The translations under genes were made by a program, and so were the position numbers. A stretch of DNA of 56,845 nucleotides, the filler included, from Dugesia japonica (Eukaryota): assembly GCA_001938525.1 (NCBI GenBank). It is 5 parts of 5 records of this genome, joined end to end, with 100 filler letters (N's around TTAATTAATTAA, not from the genome) between each part and the next. Parts side by side here need not be neighbours in the genome. Positions count along the whole stretch, not along the records: positions 29,182 to 44,426 come from MQRL01648433.1; 4 more parts are not named here. One strand, given 5' to 3'. This document shows positions 29,182 through 43,784 of this stretch, in pieces; position 1 is the first letter of the stretch, and the number at the start of each line of letters is the position of its first letter. Below the pieces are notes generated by a model. The model was not told the DNA's origin, did not search any database, and was given only the letters and a program-made list of their open reading frames with translations.

Positions 29182-30259
29182 CTCAAGTGTTTCACCCCAA
29201 CATTATCTTGAGAGTAAACCATTTTTCGATAGTATTCCTTTAGACAATGTATAAGTAGTATTTCTTTTGAGTTGAATGGTAACATGTAACAAATTAATAT
29301 AAAATATACTTAATTATAATTAACTAATTTAAAATTAATTTAATTAATTCAATTTTTATATGAAGTTTTAATGGTTTGATATCTAGTTTTCGTGAATTTT
29401 AATGGAATAATGAGGTTTTATTTAGGTTTTATAGGGATATTTTATGAGTTTTATATGAGGTTATAACAGGTTTTACATGGTTTTATAGTGCTTTATTAGG
29501 GGTTTCAATGGTTTTTATTAGTTTTGAGTATATTTTATATGATATTTTATACGGTTTATCTATGGTTTTAGGAGATTTTTAAGATTAATTTTTATAAGGT
29601 ATTTTATAATGGTTTTTCAATGGTTTATAGAGATTTTCTCGGTTTGTCTGTTGTTTTATAGTTTTTATAAGAATTTCTTAAGGTTTTTATTTAGTTTTTA
29701 TTTGATATCATAATTGATTTTTNNNNNNNNNNNNNNNNNNNNNNNNNNNNNNNNNNNNNNNNNNNNNNNNNNNNNNNNNNNNNNNNNNNNNNNNNNNNNN
29801 NNNNNNNNNNNNNNNNNNNNNNNNNNNNNNNNNNNNNNNNNNNNNNNNNNNNAAATTAAGTTATTAGTTATAATTTATAACTAATTGCTTGAAAAATCAT
29901 ATTAAGAAAGCTTAAAACCAGCACAGCCTTTAAACGACAAAAACTTTACTTCACTAACAAAAGAAATTAATCTTTATAAAATAAGTGGAAAAAATTTCTT
30001 TTATCTAGATAAATATTCTGGTGATAGTTTTATCTACTTACTGTTTTTCAATGACTTAAGAACGGATTGAATAATATCAATGCATCATATTCATTTTAAA
30101 TCTCAGTCTTTTTAAAAATCAGTGAAATGAGAAATGCCAATCTTAGGTATTATTAATTGATTTATTTTCTAGTGTATTAGATTTCTCGAGAATTCTCGGA
30201 ATAATATTTTTATTTCTTATTTTCTCAAGAAAGACAAATTATCAAAAAATGTACAACTC

Positions 30260-31500
30260 TGAAGTACATTTTTAGTTTTTATACAGCCTAGTCGAGGTAC
30301 AAAGAAAAGCATCAAAACTTTATGAGTCGTAGTCTTTTGTAAATTATCAGAAAGAATTATCGACCCACATAATTAGCCTAAGAGTTCAGCTAAATTGTCT
30401 TGCTACAATCAATAAACAAACTAATTTGTTTAATGTGAAAATCAATCATAATCATGGACCTGAAGAACATGAATTACAGCTGATGATCTTAAAAAATGAG
30501 ATCAAAACTAAGGCAAACTTTTCAAAAACAAACCAAAAAGTTTAGATAAAGTTTGTTAGTCTGCAAATTGTGAAATAGCTTATTAAAATTTCTTCTCTAC
30601 AAGTAACAAGAAGAATGGCTTATCGAAAAGCATCAATATACCTTCCCATACATGATTCTCCTAGTGAATTCATTGAATTGTTAGTAAGACATAAAATTCT
30701 CAAAATCCATTTTCATGAATCAGTAGTGATTGATGATGTAATAACTGGAAGATTATTTTTTTCACAAGATATGGTCAATGAAATTCTAATCTGTTTGTTA
30801 CTATAAAACCTTTTAAATAGTTCCCAACATTCTTATGCAGCTCCTTATTATTTGCGTCTCAATTGGTACTTCCCCCGTACTAAAATCTTTTACATTAATG
30901 ACTAATAGACTAAAACGTTGTTATAAAACCATTTGGAGAATAAATTTGGAAATTGTCCCTCTATTTTCTCCTGTTATTTCAGTTGAAGATTTTGTTAGAG
31001 CATTAATTTCTGCATGCAGAAAGACTGTTCCAATTATCACAATATGAGGGTGCTTGTTTCATTGTAAATTGGCAGTAAAATTTATTTGAATAATCCAACT
31101 GCAAATTGCTATTTCATGCTGTTAATGGGCATTGTATTTTTATCCCATTATAAAATTATTGAAGCTTTTGAAAAGCTTGCCAGTATCCGATTTGTAAATG
31201 AAACTCAAGTTGCAAAGTTGAACAATTTTCTCAGTTATTTCCAAAGAACATGGCTCAATGATCTTTCCTTGATTAATTGCCACAGAGTAAACATTCTTAC
31301 TAATAATTTGTTGGAGACATTTAAAACATACATTAAGTATGTTTTTGTCTATCATACAAATCCTTGAGAATTTCTTGAAAAAATAATAAAAATAATTGAT
31401 GACTTGCATGTGGAGTGTGCAAGAGTTTCTAACTATCTAACAACGAGACAAAAAGATCCAAAATTGTTATAGAATACTTGAAGCAGCAAGTTTTTAAGGA
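30260..31500 (+). mobile_element. Decayed MULE transposase (FLYWCH-like N-terminus plus MULE domain)
   Basis: INHNHGPE; EDFVRALISACRKTVP..I*GCLFHC; FLSYFQRTWL...TNNLLETF. Confidence 0.8.
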
Positions 31501-32078
31501 TTCGATAAATTCCTCCAATTTCTATGGCAATATTTAGGGTTACCTGATTTCTCTCAAGAATCTTTTTTCTCTAGAAGACAATGAAACAAACCAATCTCTT
31601 CACAATTTTAATTCTATGGAAGATAACAAAGATGTAAAATATGATTTTGAACAATTTATTCTTACGGAAAATAATTATAATAATCAATTAATCAACATTT
31701 TTGCTCAGTTTTACCGATAATAATTCTGCAGCGTATATTTAAATAAATATGATGATAAAATAAGACATGTAGACATGTAAGTATTTGCTTTAATTACATA
31801 AAGCGTTTAGTCTTTGAAATCATACTAGCAATGGAAATATACATATGCCACATATGCAGACATTAAAAATATTACGGAAGATTAATAATGTTTGGTCATT
31901 GATTTTTCTTTTAACTGGAGCACTGTTGAATGTTTAATGATATAAAAAAATTGTTAAAATTATTTCCAAGGGGGAATTATTGTATCAACTTGTAAAAAAT
32001 TAATAAAAGTGACAATACCAAAAATAATAATTCAAATAAACCAAATTTTATAAAGTAGATTTAAAATAAAAATTAATC

Positions 32079-34537
32079 TCATTTTTCTTCAAAGCATGAA
32101 TTATCAATAAATAAATCTGCTACAGAATCTGTAAAAGTCATGTTTTGTAGTGATAATCGATTTTCTAAATCTATTTTGGAACTTGTTGAATTGACTTCTT
32201 TGTGGAAGTTTTCATTATCCAATTGTTGTTTTAATTCTAATAATCTCGATTCAAATTCCATTGTTGTTATTCGATGTTTCATTTTCTCTTCAGAAATCTA
32301 AATTATTATTTTTACAAATAACATAAATTTATAATAATGACACAATCAAGAGTTGGAGAATATTTGTTAATTTCATAATTAATGAAAATTAATGGTAAAA
32401 ATTAATTAAACTGATTAAATATTTTATTGGAATAAAATAACTCGATTTAACAAAACTTTTATTTGCAATTAATTTTGATAGAATATCAATAATCATCAGC
32501 AACTAAAAATAATTTAAATATACTTTATAAAATTAAAATGATTACGAAACTTCGATGATGCAATCCCAATCAAAAAAATAATTGTAAGACCGATTTTCGA
32601 TTAGGATCTTGTGAAGTGGATATAGTAATTATTTGGAGACAGTAATGTGTGAAGTTTTGTTGATAAGGACAATTAATCCTAAAATTAATGTTTAGTTGAC
32701 ATATTCAACATCGCTCTTAAAAAATTTTTATTGATTATTTATTGAGATTACATAATTAAAGTAACAGAATCATTAAATCTTTATAAGTTGTGTATTTTAA
32801 GGATTTTTTAGTTGAACTTAATTGATTGTCAATAAATCTTTTGTTAAATATCGTTGATTTATTTTTATGAAAAAGTTGCCAATGATTTTTGATTTTATTG
32901 AAAGATTTTTTTAAATCGATTATAAAAAATTGATTAAAATATTTTAAATAGATTATTTTATTAAACATTTAATTTTTTTTGATGAATGGACGATGCAAGC
33001 GTTATTCAACAAAGTCAATGCTCAAACGCAAGACCAATTGGCTGCTTCACTGAAAGTAACTCAACAATCTTTTTCAAAACTGTTAACTTGATATAGGAAA
33101 AATTCAGAAGGAAGATAAGTAGAAACGGCATGAATTGACAGAAGTAAACAAAAAGAAGAGAATACCCATTTGCGAAATTTTGATAGAAAAGAATTAGAGA
33201 AAGTCTTTTTAACACAGTTTAGTCAATGAAGATGAAAATTGGATTTAATTTGGTAATCCTAAGCAAGTGACAAATTCAACCTCAAAACAAAATTTTCGTG
33301 GATAAAAGTTATTGTGTTTGTGGTGGGATCAAAAATGTATTATGTACTATCTAAAAGGTTGTGGAGCACAGGTTTAGAATACGGCTGCTTAAGAAGCCAA
33401 TCAGAAAATTATACCTATTTTAAATAGGCACAATGAAAAAAACGAGTAAATCAAAAACTAGCAATTTTTTTACTTATATTTTATTGTAAAATCTATGAAT
33501 ATTTAACAAATATACAAAATAATTTATGAACACATCACTTAGCAATATTATTGGATGTCAAAAGATTTTACGCATATATATAATTTAAATACGTGTTCCT
33601 ACAACCAAGGCGAAATTCCGTCAATTATTTCTCCGCTGTGAAAGAAATGTTTTAAATTTGTAATATTTTCGTAGCGAAATTTGTATTAAGTTATAACAAG
33701 ATTAAACGGAGACATATATCTTTCATTAAATGTTATTAAATGTTAAATGAAATCTGTTTTTAAGTAAATATGTTACTTGCGTTTTTTATTATGAAACTTC
33801 TTTTTATATAAGAGCCACGACCTTGTTAATCCAGATTTATGTTGGGAGTCAGGTATGATTTAGAACAGAGGTGGGCAAATAGGTCTTTAACCTGCCAAGA
33901 CCCTTAAATGAAACCTTATCTAAATAAAATTATTTCCTTGACGCGATCGAAGACATCCAAAACATATTTTATGTTTATATATCTTCTAGTCGTACAATTT
34001 ATACATTTTGAGAAGTATAAAGCTAATTAGATACGTATCAATTTTTGTGTATGGCCCTTCACTTGTCTACGAATCCACAATGTTGCCCCCAAGCCAAAGC
34101 AATTGTTAACCTCTAGTTTACAGTATAGGTGTGTAATTAGTAATGCAATGTAATGTAATAGTTCTACCTTTTGTACGAGAAAATCATAATGTCTTCAAGA
34201 AAATCCAATAATAAAAATTTTAAATTGACCAATTGGAAGTCATTATTTAAATAACATTAAAAACCTTTGGGCACGTCTGATCTATGATTTTTATGTAGAT
34301 GATTTGTAATTTAACAAAATGAGCAATTTTCAAATTGCAATTGACATGTTTAAAATTGAATTAATGAAAATTTATTGTGATATAATTTAAAAAATAATTA
34401 AATTATTTAGTAAATTTTATTACTAATTAAAGTTTGTTAGAAATCAATCTTAGTAGTTTAATCCTGGTATCACTATATTTCATATGTATTTGCACTTGAA
34501 AATTTTTAAAGAACATTATATATTATTATTATTATTA

Positions 34538-34588
<51 letters not shown>

Positions 34589-34780
34589 NNNNNNNNNNNN
34601 NNNNNNNNNNNNNNNNNNNNNNNNNNNNNNNNNNNNNNNNNNNNNNNNNNNNNNNNNNNNNNNNNNNNNNNNNNNNNNNNNNNNNNNNNNNNNNNNNNNN
34701 NNNNNNNNNNNNNNNNNNNNNNNNNNNNNNNNNNNNNNNNNNNNNNNNNNNNNNNNNNNNNNNNNNNNNNNNNNNNNNNN

Positions 34781-34819
<39 letters not shown>

Positions 34820-37800
34820 GTTATATTTTGGCCATCAATAAATTTATCAATTATTCCCTAGTTACATTAATAATCTTTACCGCTAATCAACATAAAATGA
34901 TCGGATTTACATTAACTGCTAAGTCAATAATGGTTTAATTAATAAATGATCCCCTATTAATGGAATTTAGAAAAGCCATATAAATGTCTAATTTACATTA
35001 TCAATTCTTAATTTAAACATCATTGGTGACAGTTTTTTAATTCATTTAATTTTGATCAGATTAAACTTAATTGGGGCATGAATATTTCTAGATGAAAAAT
35101 CACCAATATCGATGATTAAATTTTGACAAACACTTTATATTTGATCAAATAATACAAAATTAATTAAGTGTATTGTTTAGATATTGGCTGGAAATTTCTT
35201 TAACAGATTTTACGATATTATTTTTACAGACATTCGCTACAATTTGTTACTATTAAATATTCAAATCACAATATTCTTTAGTAGGTCAGTCTGAATTTTA
35301 ATGTGGTTTACTAATTAATTATAATGTATTTCAATGAGTTCTGATTAAATCATGAGAATCGAATTTAAATANTGTTATTTTGACTGAGATTTCTACTGTC
35401 TCTCAGACAGATTTTGATGAAAATTTTTTATTAAGAATTATTATTAATTTAGTAAATGAGAAAATAATTATAACTGTAACGAATCTGTTTTTAGAAAATT
35501 TGTCATTCAATTGATCATTAATGTTTGTGTTTGTTTTTATTATTATTATAATTATGATTATTATTATTATTACAAAGTAAATAACGCCATTTAAAGAAAA
35601 CTTTATTGTAATATGTTTCGACGGGTCGACCGTCATCATCAGACAAAAATGAAAAAAAATGAATTTTTTCAGTCTGTATTAATTAAACAAATATTAATGC
35701 TATTATACTGAATATAAGACGGCTATAATTATTAATTTTTAATTCTTAAATTTTTTAACTTTTTTCAAAAAAATTAATTCATCTAATACTTTTTATTAAA
35801 ATTACTATTACCTATAGAATCAAAGATGTTTTTTCAAAAATATTTAAAATTTTTAATTTGAAATTTTTTTAATTTTTTTAATTGAGATTTATTTTAAAAA
35901 TAAAATACAAAACCTATGAAATAATAAAAATTGAAATTTATTTATAAAAAATTTAATACGAAACCTATAGAAAATAGGAAAATAAGATTTCAAAAATTGA
36001 AAAATTATTTTATATTTAAAAATTTTTAATCAATTTAGTCGAAAGATCTGTCTGTACATTGATGCATGGATTATGAAAATTAATCATTAACGCTTCTCAC
36101 AACACTCTCTCCCAGTAATTCTTAAATTGTTTAGACAAAATTTTTAAATTTGAAATTTCAACATTCGCATTGCAATTACTTTTATTTTTATGCTCGGTAA
36201 TATTACTACCACTGAAATTCTAGGTCTCCCTTGAATTTTATCATATGAAATTTATACATTCTGTTTCTATTCAATTGTTCCTATCACATCTGCTTTGTTA
36301 GCTTCCGCATCATTGAAATTTCTTCTTTTTAGGAATCTGTAAACTTTTTCTGCAACATTTCTCATCTCATTCTATTTCCTTAAACGGGCAGTTTAGGTGA
36401 AAACCATTGTATTTAAATCGGTATCATAACACAGGCATACTTCGAAACAAGTTTTATCTTTTTGAGACGTTTCTTTTTTCATGACTGAAATCTCGATTGG
36501 TTACTACAGTGGGGTTAATTTTGTCTTTGCATCTTACTGAATCATTCGATTACTTGTCATAATGGAATATTTTTAAAGTGGAATGTCTACTTTTTGGTGT
36601 GCCTGTGTGCAGAATCATTTCAGAATTACTTGCTAGATTTTCTTGTGATCTATCAGATGCTTTAAGACAGCGTGAGTAACTTTATTCAAACACATTTTAT
36701 GTTGTGAAGAAATATATTAATATATGAGTCTTTGCAGAATATTTCAATAATACTGAAACTTTGCACTGCGATAAACCATAGAAAATTTGGCAAGAATACA
36801 ATTTTTGATTTGTAAACGAAATACTAATAAAATGTGTAATTAATTTTGGTTGTTTATAACAGTATTTATGTTACACATTAATATATTCTCATAACTCATT
36901 AAATTCTTGATCCAGAATTTATCCAGATTTTTCTGTTGTTATGATTGGATAACTGACAAATCTGAACATGAAAAAGCCCCAAGGGATAAAAGCACACATT
37001 TTGTATTTATCTTGCATATTTATTATTTTAATCTAAATTTCGTCTTATCTTAGGGAGTTGATTAAAGTAGTGTTAGTTATTGGCTAATTGTTTTTTTAAC
37101 TATTATATCATGTTGAATGAAAATGAAATAATTTTTTGTAGAATGCTTTCTTGCGTAAATAAACTGTCATACAAAAATGTTTATTCATAATTAAATTCAA
37201 ACTAGAGGCAAATAAAGTACAAAAACATTAATCATGACTAATATGTATTTAATAGCAAAAACAATATTTACAAAAAATGTTATTTTTAAAAACCAATAAA
37301 TATAATATTTTATGCAAACATTTACATGAAGTTGGTTTACTCCGTGGATTTCCTTACCATACTGCAGTGTTGTCCAAACCGTGTGCCGTGGCAAGTGCCA
37401 AGGTGTGCCGCAAAATGTTTAAAATAATGTCAAAAGGAAGTTGAATAAGCGATATTTTGACGGTTATTTAAATTTTAAATATTAATTGGTCAATTAAGTG
37501 CAAAATTTATTTGTTTGCAATAATATTTTAAACCTTTAATAAAAGTGCAATAAGAAATTGCAATTGAAGCAAAAAATTTGTGTGCCGTGAAAATTTTTAA
37601 TTCAGACAAATGTGCCGTGTCTCAAAAATGTTTGGGCAACACTACCATATTGCATACTAATGACAGCAGGTGTCTTTACCATACTAAACACTAATGACAG
37701 TAGGTGGAAACTTTTGTAGAAAAAAACTAAATACTCATCAGACAAATGATTAATAATCATTTCAAACATTTGTAATTACATGTATCTTAACGTTTTGTAA

Positions 37801-40800
37801 TTTCTGTAAATATAAATGTATCATTATATATTCTTTCGTTTTTTATGAATCAGTTTATTTAAGCATTAGTATTTCTTCACATAACAAGTCAACAACTTTA
37901 GATTTATGCAACTCAATGATAAAATTAATACTCTGTTTGAAACATATGCTTCCAAAATTTTATTGATTAACATTTTTTTATTGCATACAAATTGTTTATT
38001 GTAATTTATTATGTTACGATGATAATTAACAGCTAATTTCAATTAGTTCATTTGTTGTGAAAATCTACTCCAGGGGTCAATAACGTGGTCCCGCGAGACA
38101 ATTTTAAACAGCGCGCATTTAAATTAAAGTAAATATTCATAGATAACATAAAAATTTTAGTCAAGTTGTAAAAACTGGACAATATGATTTTAATTTCTCT
38201 ATTTTAATAATTATACAATTTATGTAAAATGGTTAATGACCTTAAATAAAATTTTGACTAAGGACTCAATAAAAATTTACAATTTCTGGAAACCTCTGTT
38301 TGTGCATATAGTAAACTAAATATAATATAAATTTTATATTACATTTATATATTATTTTCATATTTAAAAGTTGCCTTTCAACCTAGAGTTTGGCGGTGCC
38401 ATCAGAAATTTTATATTTCAGAAATATTCTCGACTACTAAAAAAGGTTGCCGGTACCTGATCTATTATATTGTCTTTTTATCAATAGAAAGAAATTGATT
38501 ACTCAGAATTAATTTATTTTATATTATCAGGGTAAATATTAAGCTCTTTTTTTATGAAAATCATAAAAATTTGTTAGAAAATAAGTAATTAAAGACTTAT
38601 GTATATTAATAATAATACAAATAAACCACCGTTCCTATTTATTTAGTATTGAAGTCAGAATTTCTCACTCTTTATTCCTGCGTTATCTTGCGAATAGTTA
38701 AAATGAAATTCTTTCTATTACATCCGTGAAATTAATTAATAAATGTTTAATATTGAAATATTCACTATCTGTTTATTGAATAATAACACATAAATATATC
38801 TTATACCCAGTGGTGTATTCGTAAAATAAGAAGTACCGGAACGCCGTTCTCGTGGCAATACACTACAGGTCGAATTTGATTATCTAAGAAATGCACCGTC
38901 GAAGTTTGTCTTTTTTATAATTATCTTTCTATTTTTGAAAAAAACCTTTTTTTGGTGTTTTAAAAAATGATATATTTTTTATTCTAAAAATAGGCAAAGT
39001 TTTACCAGCAATAAAACCGAGTTTCTAATTGTCTAATAAATATCGGCATTTCGATATTTGTGCGCCAGGGTTAAAAATGCTTTAAAAAATCAAAACAATT
39101 AGAATTGAAAAAATTGTTCTTTATAATAAATTATTAGCTAATCTCCATAAAAACAAATTATAATTCTCTATTCATACTCAGAAAAATACAAAAACACAAA
39201 AAAATTAATTCAAAAAAAGATCATAAGATTCTTAAAGATATTATTATGTATTATACTATTAAATTTACAAAAACTCCCAAATAGAATCACACACAATTTT
39301 ATCATTTGCCCCTGCTCTTTTAGTTTACTCGTCAGTAGCGGATCGATGGGAACGCAACCAAATTTCTACTTAAAAAATTGGATTCCATAATTCCAAGGGT
39401 GATCCATGAAGTTTTATAAACAATAAACTTGCAACATGATCAATTAAAATACGTGATCTTATTTCCGATACAATTAAATTCATGCTGCTGAATCCGCGCT
39501 CACATTCTGAAGAACTGCAAGCTATAATTTTGGAATTTTTTTAAAGTTTTTAAGTCTTCTGAAATGTTACAACCACCACAAGCCATGAAATCTCTGAAGG
39601 CATTTAAAATTTTACTCTTTTTTCATTTTTATCTTTTTATCCAAAATTTATATTAATTTCGGATGGCCATTCGGTTGGTTCAAGAATTCGCAATGTGATT
39701 AGATTCAGATATTTATGNGTTAATATTGTTCCTACTCCGATTTTTCTTCCTAACATAACACTGGGCCCATATTAAATGGTGCTTTAAATAATTATCATTA
39801 AAACCATTTTTTCCAAACATTTTAAGAGACATTCTGTTATTTTTTTTAGCTGTTTGATCCTGCAATTCAATTAAATCAAGAAACACAAAATGAGGATCTT
39901 TTATCTTATCTGTTTTGCATTTTAAATAAATAATAAGTCCAGAATTTTTACTTAAAGTGGTAGATTCATCTATGATAATAGATAAATTTACTTGAATTTT
40001 TAATATTTGTTGACAAATTTTGGATATCATTTGAATTCCTATATGATTGATTATTTCTGTAACACTTAATCTAGATTGTAATCCGTGAGCTATAATAGAT
40101 CCATTCATTTCTTGAAATTTTAGTAAATCAAAATGATCAGAAAATGGGCGATCATGTTTAGCAATAAAATACGCAGTTCTAAAAACTTTACTGGTGCTAC
40201 AAATTTCAGAATCATTCATCTTATCTACAATAGCTTCAATCCTTTGCTTGTCTGCTTCTTTTAAGATTTTCTCAGCTGTTGTATGTGTAAAACTTTTATA
40301 ATGTTCACACATTTTTTTCCACAAAGAAGTTAGTTGTGAAGCTTTATCTTTTCCATAATCTGATACATTAGTGTCACTCCATTCTTTTGAGATGCTTAAT
40401 CCCTGCGTCTTTAAAGGTCCTAAAGTCTGAATAGCTGAACAAGTCAGACATCCTAATTTTCCAGAATCGCATTTTAGCCAAGTATATATTTTTTCTTTTC
40501 GAAGATCATANNNNNNNNNNNNNNNNNNNNNNNNNNNNNNNNNNNNNNNNNNNNNNNNNNTTTCTTTTCGAAGATCATATCTGCAGTCCAAATACTCGGC
40601 CAATTTATTAATAGTGGTTCTTCTTCTTTTTGAACATTTTCTGTTGATATTGATAGAATGTCCATTTGACTTTTCCTGTTTTCTAGCACTTGTACATCTT
40701 CTTTTTGTTGCGTTTTAATTTTTTTTNNNNNNNNNNNNNNNNNNNNNNNNNNNNNNNNNNNNNNNNNNNNNNNNNNNNNNNNNNNNNNNNNNNNNNNNNN

Positions 40801-41220
40801 NNNNNNNNNNNNNNNNNNNNNNNNNNNNNNNNNNNNNNNNNNNNNNNNNNNNNNNNNNNNNNNNNNNNNNNNNNNNNNNNNNNNNNNNNNNNNNNNNNNN
40901 NNNNNNNNNNNNNNNNNNNNNNNNNNNNNNNNNNNNNNNNNNNNNNNNNNNNNNNNNNNNNNNNNNNNNNNNNNNNNNNNNNNAGAAACTGTTATTATAA
41001 GTATAGTATTTGCAAATAAAAACCAAAATATTTAAACAAATATACATTTATGAAAAATTAATCAAAATAATACCTGGTGTAACAATTTTTCTATTTCACT
41101 TTTCATATATTTAATTTGTTTATGTAATTCTCTATTTTCTTCAAAGATCTTTTCATATTTTCTTTCGATAACTTCCTTTTGTAAAAATAAACTTTCTTTA
41201 GTTTGGTTAGCTTGAAATAC
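32079..41220 (-). CDS. 3' part of an unidentified coiled-coil host gene; exons 41220-41074 and 32297-32079
   Basis: A 147-nt open exon bounded by AG/GT (VFQANQTKESLFLQKEVIERKYEKIFEENRELHKQIKYMKSEIEKLLHQ) joins in phase 0 to AG|ISEEKMKHRITTMEFESRLLELKQQLDNE...*, giving a continuous heptad-like sequence. Intermediate exons are not excluded. Confidence 0.55.
32985..33350 (+). mobile_element. mariner transposase remnant
   Basis: HELTEVNKKKRIPICEIL, DENWI*FGNPK, LCLWWDQKCIMYY. Confidence 0.7.
34515..34820. repeat. (TAT)n microsatellite spanning a gap
   Basis: Pure ATT/TAT runs on both sides of the Ns. Confidence 0.95.
36190..36700 (-). mobile_element. Possible Tc1-like transposase remnant
   Basis: Weak, broken similarity to the Tc1 HTH/linker region; many stops. 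Confidence 0.3.
37365..37644. mobile_element. hAT MITE
   Basis: CAGTGTTGTCCAAAC / GTTTGGGCAACACTA, internal GTGTGCCG repeats, 8-bp target site duplication CCATACTG / CCATATTG. Confidence 0.85.
38071..38459. mobile_element. hAT MITE
   Basis: CAGGGGTCAATAAC / GGTTGCCGGTACCTG ends; degenerate duplication ATCTACTC / ATCTATTA. Confidence 0.6.
38808..40726 (-). mobile_element. hAT transposon (ZNF862/KIAA1586-like transposase), internally deleted
   Basis: End CAGTGGTGTATTC. ORF 39713-40603 has LGCLTC, AYFIAKHDRPFSD, IIDEST; C-terminal dimerisation motif SSSECERGFSSMNLI near 39500. Confidence 0.88.
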
Positions 41221-41582
41221 CTTGTTGGATAATAACAATAATAATAATAATAATAAAAATAATAATAAAAATAATAATAATAGAAATAATAATATTAATA
41301 ATAATAATAATCATTCTGTTTATACGCGATTCATAAAAAAATATTGCACTCTGTTTTTACGTGGTTTAAATTTTTTTTACTAATAACAATTTCGGCGAGA
41401 AAAAATATGTAGGTGCTTGTCTTGACACATTTCTAGAAATAAACAAATTTTATATTTAAAGTGAGCTATTAAAAGAAATTCACATAAATGTTACTGAATT
41501 AAATTAACGGAAATTAATATTTTCTATTGATTCATATATGACGTTAAATTTATTTCTATAAATTAACTAACCACAAATCAAA

Positions 41583-41735
41583 ATGTCAACTACAAAACAA
41601 ACTAAAATAAAAGCTATTTCGTTGGAAGATAAAATTAAAATTTTAGATAGTCTAGCCACCGGAGAAAATGCAACTTTTGTAAGGAAATTTTTTAACTTTT
41701 AAGAGTATACCGTAAGTACAATAGAAAAACATGAT
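41583..41735 (+). mobile_element. pogo/Tigger transposase N-terminal psq-type HTH fragment
   Basis: MSTTKQTKIKAISLEDKIKILDSLATGENATFVRKFFNF*EYTVSTIEK. Confidence 0.65.
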
Positions 41736-41769
41736 GAGTCTAAGATAATTTGTGATTGATAGATATTTT

Positions 41770-43730
41770 GTTAGGATAATTTGCTATTCACACAACAAGC
41801 TATCTCGATGAAAGTTTTAAAAATAATTAAAGAATTTTGAAGAAGGGAAAGATTTAGAAAGGTGGATGGATCGTTTTGAGTTGGCAGTTTGTATTGATGA
41901 AGTAAATAATAAAACAAATTGGTTGCTTATGTTCTTTAAAAGATCAGCATATGACACATGGAAGAATCTTCCCCATGATGATATAATTAATGCAAAGTGT
42001 ATCAAGAAAGCTCCCGGAAAAAGTTACGGAATCAGCCAACTAAAAGCTTGGCGCCATTGCAATGATTACAATGGGAACATAGACGTTTCAATTGAAGAAA
42101 TCAAAACAAATTGAANNNNNNNNNNNNNNNNNNNNNNNNNNNNNNNNNNNNNNNNNNNNNNNNNNAACAAGCTATCTCGATGAAAGTTTTAAAAATAATT
42201 AAAGAATTTTGAAGAAGGGAAAGATTTAGAAAGGTGGATCGATCGTTTTGAGTTGGCAGTTTGTATTGATGAAGTAAATAATAAAACAAATTGGTTGCTT
42301 ATGTTTTTTAAAAGATCAGCATATGACACATGGAAGAATCTTCCCCATGATGATATAATTAATGCTAAGTGTATCAAGAAAGCTCCCGGAAAAAGTTACG
42401 TAATCAGCCAACTAAAAGCTTGGCGCCATTGCAATGATTACAATGGGAACATAGACGTTTCAGTTGAAGAAATCAAAACAAATTGAAAATATTTTTTGGT
42501 GATCATAATCCTATGGATACCGTTTCATCGATGTTGCTGCTAGACTCACTGAAACGAGATTTTTAAGATGAGTACATCCTAAAATTAGATGAAAATTTCG
42601 AACTAACCGATCTCCAAAGGTTTGTCAACAGAAAACGAGAACTCAGTGATAATGTTATAGGTATTGTCGGTAGAACTAAACAAGTCAAGGTCGTTCGTGA
42701 CTTGGGCTGTAACTATACAGGGTTATACAGAAGAACTACCAAGTCCAATTTTTTAAATGTGGCGATGCTGATCACATCAGACCAAATTGTAAGAGGACTT
42801 TAAACGACAAAGGAGAATAGGCGATTGGTCCCGTCTATTCTTTATCCGTTTAAGTGGGTCGGTTGCAATTCGTGGAGGACGCGGTGATGTGAGTTCTGTC
42901 AAGGCTCGTGTCTATAAACTGCTACATGAGATCAATGAAATGAGCCACTTGAAAATAAAAGTGCTCAACCCGAATCATGTTCCACATTACCCACAGACTT
43001 GCTGAGAGTTTGGATACGATTGGGCGGAAATTCATTCAGCGCGTTGTTGGTCACAGATAGTGTGTCTTTAATAAGGACTGGTATAGAAGACNAACGAAGT
43101 TTAATAGAATATGCGGTACTCGTTTGAAGTCGGTGAACGGGAGTGCACTGAATATACTGGGTAAGTTTGATATCACATCTATGGTGATAGATGAATTGGA
43201 CAAAGGCCCAGTTGAGTTTTATGTGTAAGATAAATTACTGTTTAGAATTCACGTCATAATTGGGAGGGACATCCTTCTCAGAAACATGATTGTTATTAAA
43301 NNNNNNNNNNNNNNNNNNNNNNNNNNNNNNNNNNNNNNNNNNNNNNNNNNNNNTAAGGGAGAGAAAGCTTTCAAATACATCCGCGGCGATACCAGAGAAT
43401 GATAAGAGCTTATTGATTGATGACAATGACTTCAACGCATGGATTAAAAATGTTGAATGGACAGTTCACTGTTAAAAAAGAATATTGGTCGAAAATATTG
43501 TTACAATTATCAGGTGCATTTTGATGACTTGCAGTTATTCAACGGTGAGATACAGAGCTGGATACAAGATGGGATACTGGTTGAGTTTGACTCATAGAAA
43601 CATAGTTAAATCAGTAACATGGTTCCCTTCATGAGTGTGTGACTAGTTAAAGGAGGCAAAACAAAGGTTTGGCCTGTACTTGTTTACAGGTTTTTAAATG
43701 ATCAAATTGTCCAGGTTCGTTACTTCTAAG
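41770..43730 (+). mobile_element. Decayed gypsy-like LTR retrotransposon: gag, protease, start of RT
   Basis: FEEGKDLERWIDRFELAV (gag); VVRDLGC (protease DTG-like); EIQSWIQDGILV...KVWPVLVYRFLN (RT motif KVRPVLDYRxLN). Confidence 0.75.
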
Positions 43731-43784
43731 TTACCAAGAAAGACTCAAAAAATGATGTTGGTTTGGTATTAATAAATATTAAGA

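Noticed and set aside
29380-29720. Telomere-like repeat
   Set aside because: Degenerate GGTTTTATA-type low-complexity tract without a fixed period.
34484-34861. Poly-Leu/Ile membrane protein ORF
   Set aside because: Translation of a (TAT)n microsatellite.
41794-42486. Tandem duplication of gag segment (also about 27957/28167, 40491/40561, 46790/46876)
   Set aside because: Near-identical sequence on both sides of short N gaps is typical of unmerged contig overlaps or haplotypes.
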